DNA of 64,000 bases from assembly GCF_009834535.1 (NCBI RefSeq), contig NC_045697.1:112408001-112472000 (forward strand), in the 5' to 3' direction. Position 1 is the stretch's first letter; each line of letters starts with the position of its first letter. Shown here piece after piece: positions 53,021 through 64,000 of the stretch. The notes beneath the pieces were generated by a model, which worked only from the letters and a program-made list of their open reading frames with translations, was not told the origin of the DNA and searched no databases. A program made the position numbers and the translations under genes. Origin of the DNA: Camelus ferus. Its lineage: Eukaryota.

Positions 53021-54364
53021 TATGACTGCAAATTTTAATGTCTGTTCTTAAAGTTTAGGGAAAACCAGGAAAAGAAGTGCAAGGCAATGCTGACTTGTAG
53101 CTGTAGAGGTGGTTCCCCCAGACGATACCTATCTTCCAGCTGCCAGTCAGTTTTAAGGTTGCTTCTACATCTAGCTTCTGGCCCAGCCCAAACCCACACC
53201 TGCTGCTAGTCCTGAGAACGTCCCTGGACTCAGAGCTTGGCCCCTACTTCTTAGGACTGACCCAGCCTCCAGGGTCAGGCCTTGCTCCTTGCTCCGACTT
53301 CTGGATGCGGCATCTAACTCATCTTTGGCTCACTGACACTTTATCCCTCTTATGAGAATCACATCAGTCCATGGGGCCGATAACATTAGTCCATTTCCCA
53401 GAATGTCATTCAGTGAGTCTTAAGATTTGATAGTGCAGGTTGGGCCCCCCAGACCCTTTCCTTTTGGATGTCTTTCGTTCAACAAATGTCTTTCTAATGA
53501 TCTCAGCTGAAGTCTTAGGGGCCTCAGCTTAGGTTATTCAGGGAATAACTTCTCAACAAGCACATGCATATACATTGCAAATGCAAAATGAGTGCAAAAT
53601 TAAGAAAAACTTCTTAATTTTGGACATCTTTAGGTTAATGACTCTCTCCAGACACAATGGAGGATGGCTCTCTATATTTAGTTCTGTTTTTGGAACTGAA
53701 GAGACTCATTCCACAGACCCACCTGGAAGTGCAGCCCAAGCTAGTTATAACTTTAAAATGAGAGCTCTTCCACCATAGGTATGCCCTTCAAGGTTAGCAT
53801 ACAGCTAACCAAACAAATACACACACACACACACATATATACACACATCCTATAAAATGTATATATTCTTTTAAAAATTTAAAACAAACATAGTTTTTTG
53901 TTGTGGTTTCTTAACTCAGCTTAGACTTTCCTAAACTCTCTGGCTATCAATGATCTCTTCTCCCTTTGACATTGCCCGCAGCCCTTTGACCTTCTCTGTG
54001 TCACTGACTTTTTAAACCTCTGATATTGCTGTTTTCATACCACATTGTAAACCATGAGGATAGGCACAGAATATTTTTTTTTAACTCTGTGACTGTCTCC
54101 ACACCCCTCACTGTCTCTTGCTTTTGGTAAGAGTATCTCCATTTTTGGTGCATACATGTCTTTTTGTGTAACTGTTCCTTAAGAGTAAAGTCTTGCATTT
54201 TGTAAGACGGCTGCTTTAGAACAAATAGTGATAGACTCTCAAAGCTTCTGGCTGCTGCTGTAATGCTGGTAATCACTGATACAGAGGCACTGAGACGAAG
54301 TTGTCATGTGTGTAAGAAGGTCAGAGGCAGATGTGAGCAGGTTACTTCGCTCCCACCACAAGTG

Positions 54365-54500
54365 TTCTCAGCCGTGAAATGAGGATGCTAATGGTACCTT
54401 CTTAGTGGGTTGTAACGATCATCTGAAAGTATTTCATGCAAAGCTTTTTGAACAGTGTCAGGTACACACGGTTCCTATTATAGAAAGTTTAGCTACTGTT
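54365..54500 (+). mobile_element. MIR fragment
   Basis: gtgaaatgaggatgctaatggtacct...gggttgt...atgcaaagc...aacagtgtcaggtacac. Confidence 0.6.
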
Positions 54501-55318
54501 AATAACATTGCCTTGGCCGTCTGAAAGAATCAGATCTCTTTAAGTCAAGCCCCACTGGAAGAATGAGAAATACTAAAAACAGACACTCTGTAACAGAGGC
54601 TTCTTTGTCAACAAGTAAGTAAATTTCAGGTACTTTACAGTTTTGCGGTGTGTTCAATAGCCCATCAGCAAAGGCGTAGCTTATATTGGGGCATTCTGGT
54701 TTCTAGGATTAAAAGAAAATAAAGGTTACAATTACAGAAAGAAAAGAAAAAATATCATGTGAGAGACTATTAAAAAAAAAAACGGAGACTAATAAACTAG
54801 ATGAGAAAGAGCTTAATGTAAGGAAATGGCTCACTTGGTCCGCGCAGTCGCTGATAGACACACACACACACAGCAGCCCCCCCACAGTTCACAGCTGCTG
54901 CTGGCGCCGTGCTGACTTGACCCCGAGAAGTCGGCCTTGGCTCTGTCCTCACTGCAGAGAGAAGCACCTGGAGCAACCTGGGGAGCATGGAAATGGCTGT
55001 AAATTTCAGAAATTACCGCCAGGGGCAAGTGTGCTTTCAAGTCCTTTATCCTGTGCTCACTTCACGAGCACTGCCTCCAAACCAGCCTTCACGAAGTCCA
55101 CTGCTGTCGCTTCTTCTGACCAACTTCTTCTCATGTGTGTGTTTATTTTATTTGTTTGTTTTATTTGTAGCCTACAGGTTTTAGTTTCGTCACAGCCAGG
55201 GGAAATGTTCCCCCAGGGTTATGGAAACAGTACAAATGATTAGATATAAAACTGGAATTTACCCTTTCATCATTAATGCTGTACTTGCTTCCAAGTTGTT
55301 CTCAAAAATAAGATTTTG

Positions 55319-55554
55319 TTTTGTTTTGTTTGGGTTTGGTTTCCATTTTTTTTAATTGAAGTATAGTTGATTAACAATGCTGTGTTAGTTTCTGGTGTAC
55401 AGCATAGTCATTCAGTTATGCATATACACAAATGCTTATTCTTTTTCATTACAGGCTACTACAGGCGAATATAGTTCCCTGTGCTTTCCAGTAGGACCTT
55501 GTTTATCTGTTCTGTGTATATAGTAGTTTGTATCCACCAATCGCAAACTCCCAA
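55319..55554 (-). mobile_element. Short L1 3' end
   Basis: tttaattgaagtatagttgatt... L1 terminus. TSD tcaaaaataagat(t/a)ttg at 55302-55318 and 55555-55571. Confidence 0.92.
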
Positions 55555-56259
55555 TCAAAAATAAGATATTGAATGTTTCTTTTTTATGGTGATATATTTT
55601 GCCAGGTATATATATTTTGATATATTCTGAAAAAGAAAAGAGGAGCCATTAATGTTAGATATTGGCTCAGTGAACCTCATTTATAGCATTTGGCTGGGAA
55701 ATCTGAAATTTACAACCCATTAATATTGTGAAAGGACGTTGATAGCTAAATTTTCCTTGCTGCTATTAAAAAAAGATCACTCTGTTGATGTTGCATGAAA
55801 GATATTACCATGTTTTTTTACATCACATTTTGTTTGTCATGTTCTGTTTTCATAATATCATAGAAATATGTTAACATAATTCTTTAAGACTGATTTGTTA
55901 TCCTTTTGACATTCTGGAGTTGCAGTTTAGGAAGTAAAAAAGTTGTCTATTAAGAAGAAGAAAAGTCTTTAGGGAAGTCCTGACAACTTTAAAGTTAGAA
56001 AATATATCAGATTAAGAGAAAGTAGATGCCAGTGGTAAAAACGACAGTAATACTTAAGCAAAGCATGAGAGCTGTGAAATTTGAATTCAATGGGAAGACA
56101 GAATTAAAATAGCAGTATCTTTAAAGTAAACGTTGTCATATGGTTTAAATCTCAAAATAAAATTTTAGTTTTCTTTAGATATAACAATTTATTTAGACAA
56201 CGAGTTTCTTTCATGTATTCCTCCGGAGCCATACAAAACCTTAATATGACTCTTACTTT

Positions 56260-56408
56260 GTTTTTTTAATTTAAATTTTTTTAAACTTTTTGAGAGGGGA
56301 GGTAATTAGGTTTTTTCAAAATTTATTTTAATGGAGGCACTGGGGATTGAACCCAGGACCTCGTGCAGGCTAAGCACACGCTCTACCACTGATCTATACC
56401 CTCCCCGC
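56260..56408 (-). mobile_element. tRNA-Ala-derived SINE (vic-1-like)
   Basis: Reverse strand reads ggggagggtatagatcagtggtagagcgtgtgcttagcctgcacgaggtcctgggttcaatccccagtgcctcca. TSD core actcttact at 56249-56257 and 56410-56418. Confidence 0.93.
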
Positions 56409-58734
56409 AACTCTTACTGTTAATTCTCTTCCACAGAGATGTCTGAATGATTAGGAGAGTGATGTGTCAGAAGTCTGCCTTTGTGTTTCCAAGTGGTAGA
56501 ATGGCATTGTTTTGATATAGCTAGCCTGCATCACAATACTTCATTCTCCACACTTTTATTCTCTTCTGTGTCTCAGGGATTACATTCTGGGGTAATGACT
56601 GTACCAGGGAGATACGGAACTTTAATAGTCCCAAGTAACTTTTTGCTGTGGGGCATGTATGTGGAGTGGGTAGGCACCAGATGCTGTACACAGCAAACAA
56701 GTGACTTTCATCTCAAAGTGAGAGCAGATCTGTCCAACATTTCCTCAAAGGCAACCCAGTGGTGCCTCCATCTTCCTGGTTACTCAGGACTCCACCCTGG
56801 GTTCTGGCCTTCTGTTGGCCACTGTGGTTTGTTGAATCATCACGTCACCCCTGGTTGAACCCTCTACTTCTTTCATTCCGTCCATACTTCCTACTAAGCT
56901 CTAAGATGCTGATGACTTAGTGTTCAGGGGTGATGGAGCAAATTACAACCTAACGAAAAGAAATAGTGAACACTACAATTTGATGTTAAATTCTGAGTAT
57001 CTGGGAGAAAAGGAAAAAAACATGCCTTAAATTTTACAGGGGTCATCTCACAGAAATATTCCTTGTTTGATAGAAAACTCATGAAATTCTTGTCACTTTC
57101 CCTGGCAGAACACTTCACGTCTCCTTACTGTGAGCCTTGCCTTCAATACTCTGCCCGGAGATCAATCTGAGTGAAAGAAACAGAGTTATTACAGTCCCTG
57201 CCCAAAGAGCCATCTATTCCCGGTCATCATCATTAGCTACACAAAGACCAGGCAGAACTTTGAAATTACAGCTGTTTCCCTTTCTTTAATATGCTGCCAG
57301 ATCAATATTTAAGCTAACTTTCCACCCCCACTACCTTTAAGGATTGAGGAAATCAGTTAATGGCGTTGTACAGGAAATGGCACTGTGAGCCTCAGAAAAG
57401 AAAGTCTACTCTTGTAAAAAGGCTTGAGCCACTCGCTGTAGAGACAGCCCGTGCCACAGGGAGAACGCAGGTGACCAGGAACAGCACTCCGAGCCACCCG
57501 TCCCTCCTAAAGGCGTAGACTCCGTGTTAACTGTTACCCATCATCTGATAACCTGACTTGGGGAAAGCAGGTAAGTGGCATTTTCTAGCCACTTTCTGTC
57601 TTAAGTATGTATTTCCCGCGGTACTGCCATTTATTTATGTTAACTATTTACTCAATTTTATGCTTGTGTGATCAGCCAGAACCAGTTTTCTTTTCTTTAT
57701 TTTAAATTGCTCAGTTTGAAATTTGTTTAAAATTGCTCAGTTAAACTCTTTTAAGAAGGAATAAAGCTTAAAAACCTTGATTAGGTGGATTAAAACAGAC
57801 CCAAATTTTAGTGGGCAAAGTGAATAGATGTGCTAAAGCATAGTTCCCATACAGTGGTGCTCAAATAGACTTTTCTCTAAGTGATTCTCATACGTAAATA
57901 CTAAGTCAGACTGACCTGATGATGGTGATCTGCATTTTCTTTGCCAAGTGTATCACTCTTGATCAACAAAATGCTCCTTTTAAAACATTTTAAGCTGAGG
58001 ATACATACGCACATTTGCCTAAAGACTGAACCTGCAGGGCCATAATGGCTATAGGAATATTTATCAAGTCTAGCATCAATCTAAATGATACCCGGTGTTT
58101 AATGTCAGGGATTGAGGAGAGGGCAGAGGAGGAAGCGGGCATGAACTGGGAGAGGGAAACTTCACTTCCACTCCTGGCTCTGACCTACCTTGGTACATGA
58201 CCTTGGGCTTGGCACATGGTCTCCCTACACATCATTTCCTTCATCTGGGAAACAAAGAAGCTAGAGCTCTGTTTAGATTTCCTCTGTCTTCCCATTCTAT
58301 GGATGTAGGTCTTAAAAAATAATATTAAACATAAAACTGGTTTGGGTGTTTTCATCTTAAGTAAGTATTTAATCACTTGATTCTATAAAGCTAAATTCAG
58401 TATCGGACTCATTTTGATTCTAATTGCTAATGCATTTATTGTGGTAAGTCAAAACTAAGCATTACATGCTCCATGTAAATTGTCTCACTTCCTTCGCAAG
58501 TAAATGCACTTGTTAGGTGTCCAGTACTGTTCCTTAGAACAGAGGTTGGCTTGGGACGTTTATTTCAGCATTTGCTATGACTTACTTTCCATGTAAATAC
58601 TCACTTCTTTGAATTTTATAGTCACTCCTATTGTAACATGATGTAATGCTTCCAAATGGGTATCAACATTTAGTAAGACAATTTAAAATTTTCAGTGGGC
58701 TATAGTCACGACTATTTAAATTTTCATTTCTAGC

Positions 58735-58838
58735 TACTTTAATTGAGGCATAATTCACCTTTTTAAAATCCATTTCAGTTGTTTTTACCATATTTGCAAA
58801 GTTGTGCAACCATCACTAATTCAGAACATTTTCATCTA
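58735..58838 (-). mobile_element. Old L1 (L1MB-like) 3' terminus
   Basis: tttaattgaggcataattcac...aagttgtgcaaccatcact...cagaacattttcatc. Confidence 0.65.
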
Positions 58839-59029
58839 GTTTCCAAGGAAATCCAGAATGACCTTCTTTTTTAATATAAAATCGCTTATTTTTATTAATA
58901 TAAAATGAATATTAATATACATTTTATATTTGATTTAAAATTTTAAATTAATATTTTGTACTTCTACAAAGTTAAAAATTTTTGGACTTAGTTTTGACTT
59001 ATGTTTTATCTGATTTCTCTTCATCCGTT

Positions 59030-59477
59030 GGTGAGGGAGGGACTCCTGCCTTAGGGCTGTGGGGATGGGTGAACATAGCACTCAACAGGGGAAAGATGAG
59101 ATTGTATATTAGTCACACATGCTCACAGCCCCAGTGAAGATGACTCTGCCGTCAATTCAGAGCCACACTGGTGGTGTACCCAGGAACAAAGTGAAGAACC
59201 AGGGGCTGCAGGAGGTGGGCTGAATGGTATTGAGATATGGGATGTCCACCAGTTCCTGTGGAAGGACCTGATTGGCTTATTTGAATAATTCTGTGGGCTG
59301 GCTGGGAACTGAAACCCACTGCTCAGGAATAGGCAGGGACCCTCCGTGGTCCCTTTGATAAGGAGGCTGTTTGTCTAAAGGCTCTTACCCAAGGGAAGAG
59401 GAACTTGCAGTTACGCCATTCAGAACCCTCTGATTTAACCAGATGTCAAGGCTGCACAGAATATTGGGCCTTAATTG
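59030..59477 (-). mobile_element. ERVL LTR of the MER54/MER74/MER76 group
   Basis: Reverse strand aattaaggcccaatattctgtgcagccttgacatctggttaaatcag...aactgcaagttcc resembles the start of these LTRs; exact family uncertain. Confidence 0.6.
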
Positions 59478-59589
59478 TTTTTTGTCTTTTTTTAAATCGA
59501 ATCAAAGATTCTTTAAATTCTGTAGTGCTTTACAATTTTCAGAAGTTTCACATATGTGATTTTATCTAATCCTATAATAACTTTTTTCT

Positions 59590-60922
59590 AGCCTCATATT
59601 GCCCCTTCCCCCTTCCCTCTCCCATGTAACCACTAGTTTGTTCTCTGTATCTGTGAGTGCCTTCTTTTTTTTATTCACTACTGTGTTGTACTTTTTTAGA
59701 TTCCATATATAAGTGATATCATGCAATATTTGTCTTCGTCTGACTTGTTTCAATTAGCATAATGCCGTCCATGTACATCCATGTTGCTACACAAATGGCA
59801 AAGTTTTATTCTTTTTTATGGCTGAGTAGTATTCCATTGTGTATATATGCCACTTCTTCTTTATCCAGTCATCTGCTGATAGACAGTAAGATTGCTTCCA
59901 TGTCTTGGCAATTGAAATAATGCTGCTATGAACATTGAGGGTTCAAGGATCTTTTTGAATTATTGGTTTGTATTTTTTCAAATATATATCCAAGAGTGGA
60001 ATTGCTGGGTCATATGGTAGTTCTATTTTTAGGTTTTTTTTTGAGAGATCTTCATACTGATTTCCATAGTGGCCACAACATTCCTACCAACAGTGTACAA
60101 GGGTTCCCATTTTCTCCACATCCTCACTAACATTTGTTATTTGTGTTCTTTTTAATGATAGGCATTCTGATAGATGTGAGTTAATATCTCATTGTGGTTT
60201 TAATTTGCATTTCCCCAGTGATTAGCAATGCCAAGCATGTTTTCATGTGCCTGTTGGCCATTTGCATTTCCTCTTTGGAAAAATGTCTGTTCAGTTTTGC
60301 CCATTTTTTAATCAGGTTGTTTGATTTTTTTTGATGTTGAGTTGTATGAGCTGTTTGTGTATGTTGGATATTAACTCCTTATTGGTCTTATCATTTGCAA
60401 ATATCTTCTCTCATTCTGTAGGTTGTCCTTTTCTTTTGTTGATGGTTTCCTTTCCTGTGCAAAAACTTTTAATTTTAATTAGATTCATTTGCTTATTTTT
60501 GCTTATATCTCCTTTGCTTTAGGAAATCCATCCAAAAATACATTGTTGTGATTTATGTTAAAGAGCACCCTGCCTATGTTTTCCTCCAGGAATTTTATAG
60601 TTTCCAGTCTTATATTTAGATCTTTAATCCACTTTAAGTTTAGTTTTGTATATGCTGTTGGAGCCTGTTGTAATTTCATTCTTTTACATGAAGCTGTTCA
60701 GTTTTCCCAGCACCACTTATTGAAGAGACTGTCTTTTCTCCATTGTATATTCTTGCCTCCTTGTAGAAGATTAACTGACCATAAGTGTGTGGGCTTATTT
60801 CTGGGCTCTTTTTTCTGTTTCATTGATCTATGTTTCTTGTTTTTGTGCCAATAGCATACTGTTTTGATTACTGTAGCTTTGTAGTATAGCCTGATGTAAG
60901 GGAGTGTGATTCCTCTAGCTCC
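59590..60922 (-). mobile_element. L1 fragment (ORF2 end + part of 3'UTR, no adjoining poly-A end)
   Basis: ORF 60698..60934 ([17 protein letters not shown]...LFNKWCWEN). 3'UTR variant differs from the other copies. No TSD found. Confidence 0.9.
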
Positions 60923-61205
60923 CGCACTCTGCATGTAGGGTTGGTTATATATGCCTGGGGGTAGGAGCTGATTGGTGGGTTCCTATACAAAAGAAGGATG
61001 CCGAAAGAGAGAGTGGTGTGTCTGAAAGAGAGAGGGGCGTGTCTGAAAGAGAGAGGGGTGGATGAACTCTCCTGCCAGTAGTTCTCACTCAGGTCCGGGG
61101 AGTGTTTTACAGGCAGAATGGGATTTTCCTAAAGGCAGAAGTTGTGACTTGTGATTGGCTTGGCTTGAGATGGTGACTGATCATCAAAATGGAGTTGGTC
61201 TTGCA
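60923..61205 (-). mobile_element. ERV1-like LTR, U3 portion only
   Basis: Minus strand begins TGCAAGACCAACTCCATTTTG. Two CCAAT boxes (61154-61158, 60971-60975), about 3 x 21-bp tandem repeat (61001-61063) and TATATAA (60945-60951). Confidence 0.6.
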
Positions 61206-61675
61206 GATCAGAGAGTGGGGCTCTGTTGCTAAGGGAGGCCAGAAACTTCTCTAGAAATGTCCCAAGACATGATGGGATCTCACAAGTTGAGGAATAGTGT
61301 GCTATTAACAGTAGCAAGTAAAATTAAATAATCTCTTGAAGAGACCCAGAACACACATTATGAGGATTCTACACCCAAAGCAAGGGATTGTGAAAGGTAG
61401 AGAGAAGCAGCCTTAGAACACTAATTACGCTTAAGTGTATTTTATTAGCTTAATTTAAAAATTAAAAATAAATTAAAAATGGTACAATAATATTTCCCTC
61501 AATTTCATGTTTCGATATAGTTTTAATTGGTTTTATTAGTACAAAAAATTAAAAACCAAATGAGCAAAGGGAAAAAAAGAGACATAAGTGAAATATTGAA
61601 AAAGTAGAAAATATTATTTTAATTCATAATGAGATAAAATAGTTTTACCATCCATAGATATATGGGAACATAAAT

Positions 61676-62169
61676 TTTTTTAACATTTTTTATTGAGTTA
61701 TAGTCATTTTACAATGTTATGTCAAATTCCAGTGTTGAGCACAATTTTTCAGTTATACATGAACATACATATATTCATTGTTACATTTTGTTTTCACTGT
61801 GAGCTACCACAAGATCTTGTATATATCTCCCTGTGCTACAGAGTATAATCATGTGTATCTATTCTGCATATGCCTGTCAGTATCTACAGATTTTGAAATC
61901 CCAGTCTGTCCCTTTCCACTCCCTGCCCCCTTGGCAACCACAAATTTGTATTCTATTTCTATGAGTCTGTTCTGTTTTGTATTTATGTTCATTTTTTTTT
62001 TTTTTAGATTCCACATATGAGCGATCTTATATGGTATTTTTCTTTCTCTTTCTTGCTTACTTCACTTAGAATGACATTCTCCAGGAACAACTGGATAAAG
62101 AAGATGTGGTATATTTATACAATGAAATACTATTCAGCCATAAAAAATGACAACATAATGCCATTTGCA
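61676..62169 (-). mobile_element. L1 3' end with 5' inversion (twin priming)
   Basis: 61676-62088 is antisense with a T-rich end; 62089-62169 is the adjacent upstream L1 segment in the opposite orientation. Perfect TSD ggaacataaat at 61665-61675 and 62170-62180. Confidence 0.93.
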
Positions 62170-64000
62170 GGAACATAAATGTCTGTTACACTTTGATTAT
62201 CGTAGTCACTCTTTTTTTTTCTAGGTAGATGCATAATTTCTAATGAACTTAAATATAGATGAAATTAATGCATTGATATATTTTGAAATTTTAGTAGTAT
62301 TTTTACTTTTTTCTTTTTTGATATTTTTTTGTTTTCAATATTTTGAGAAAATCTTGAGGAAAAATGTACTCAACTTTGAATTGCTTCATTTTCTAGAGCT
62401 TGATAACTTTGTTTTACTGCAAACATAACAAAACCACTTTATAATTTCCTGTTCTTTGATTCAGTTGTATTTGAAGCCATGCTTCAGGGATATACCTGTT
62501 TATGATAAGTCATTACGACCTTATAATGAAACCATAGAAGTAGGTTAAAGGTACATACTTATCTTCCATCACTGTGGCTCTGCCTTGCAGATATGTTTCC
62601 TATGTGTCTGGCTCATCTGGCTCCAAATATCTTTTTAGTGCCAACCCTCTACTTGTCTGACCTCATTGCAACCACTACCTGCTACCACACCTTCTGAAAA
62701 ATAGTCTTAACTGAGTAGCTTACTAATCACTTCAAACTCTCTCAGAAATCTACTCTGAATTTCAGGCAAGTAAATATGAAAATGAATCTTACTCCAACGA
62801 TTTAATACTTTCCAAATATTAATGTTTTGTGTAGTTCTCCTTAAGAGATTGGCAATATTTATTTCTCAAGCCCCCAGTGATCTTCACTCACTTGAGAGTA
62901 TATCACTTTATATAAAATTATTTACCAGTTATATTATATATAGACCTGTAAGTGCAATAATCTTTAAAAATATTATATATATATATATTTATATCATGTT
63001 AACACTTTAAATAGTTGACTATGGGTATAATATATAGTCATATATGTGGTTCATGTATGTATGTATGAATCTACTAATAATCAATATAATCATTTCAATA
63101 ATAAAGAACTTTTTTTTCTTGAATTCCCTTTAAAGTAATTTTGGCACTGTCTAAAAATGTATTACAATGTTATAAATGTATATCGACTGCATCTTCTTTC
63201 TATGCACTTTCAAACGGAATCTTTAAGAAAGATTTTAGAGTCATTATTCTAGGACTTAAGCATAAAAAAGACTCTATTTATGAGTCTTTAAAAGAATCTA
63301 GATGCCTAGAGCACACCCCTAAATGTTCTGATTTGTTGGGACCAAGAGGAAGCAATCCTAGTGATGCTGATGTCCATATATAATGGGTCACATTTTTAGT
63401 ATTCTATTTTAGATGACAATCACCTAGCTCAGTATCAAATGCAATTATGCATTAAATAATTTCTCTTTGTTGATGTCTTTAATAAATTTAAGCAGATCCT
63501 TCACTGAATTGTTGATTGGCTCTCATTCTAAGAGAAATGCCAAAAAAAAAAAAAAAAGACTACAGTGTTGTATATTTCCATATATAATGACTTCATTGTT
63601 GTTGGTTGTATTTCCAAATGGAACTCTATAGTTTTAATTTGAGCATAGTTCCTCTCCAGGATTTCTGATTTATATGGAGCTGAGGAGACTCTGCTTGGAA
63701 AAAAAGAAGACAAGAGAAGCACTAATAACCAACCGGGAGGACCCTGTCCTTTTCCTTGAATAAGAGGATCTCAAGGACAGTGATCAAAGCAGATTCTCTA
63801 TGGAATTCCTTCAAAAGACACATAAGGAAATGAGAGGGAACATCCAGGGTATAGATCACCCTGCCTAAACCTGACAGATGCTATCCAGACTGAGCTCAAC
63901 TTACTGTATGTCTTAGCTGCTTGGAGAAATAATTGCTCAGTTAAATTTGAGAAATTAGTTTTTCTTTAATTTCTCTGATAGACTCCACGATGCTTGGACA

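Overview
This is AT-rich, CpG-poor mammalian genomic DNA, most likely from a camelid (alpaca, llama or camel). The species call rests on six copies of a tRNA-Ala(AGC)-derived SINE resembling the camelid vic-1 family and many 5'-truncated copies of a lineage-type L1 3' end. A large part of the window is transposable-element debris: 12 younger L1 insertions (many with readable target-site duplications, two with twin-priming inversions), old L1/HAL1/L2/MIR fragments, and about 10 solo LTRs (MLT1, MLT2, LTR33-like, MER76-like, ERV1-like). I recognise no host protein-coding gene; the recognisable ORFs are L1 remnants and the rest look like chance frames. L1s and LTRs lie mostly on the minus strand (16 of 22), which hints that the window is inside an intron of a plus-strand gene, and a few unconfirmed plus-strand exon candidates exist. 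The most interesting spots are a CpG-island-like ancient MLT1C LTR (40.7-41.1 kb), an LTR promoter fused at its predicted start site to an L1 (60.9 kb), a head-to-head L1/SINE chimera (39.75-40.1 kb) and a candidate terminal exon (10.96-11.42 kb). I found no well-supported novel biological system. Repeat family names come from my recollection of consensus sequences, not from a database search; boundaries without TSDs are approximate.
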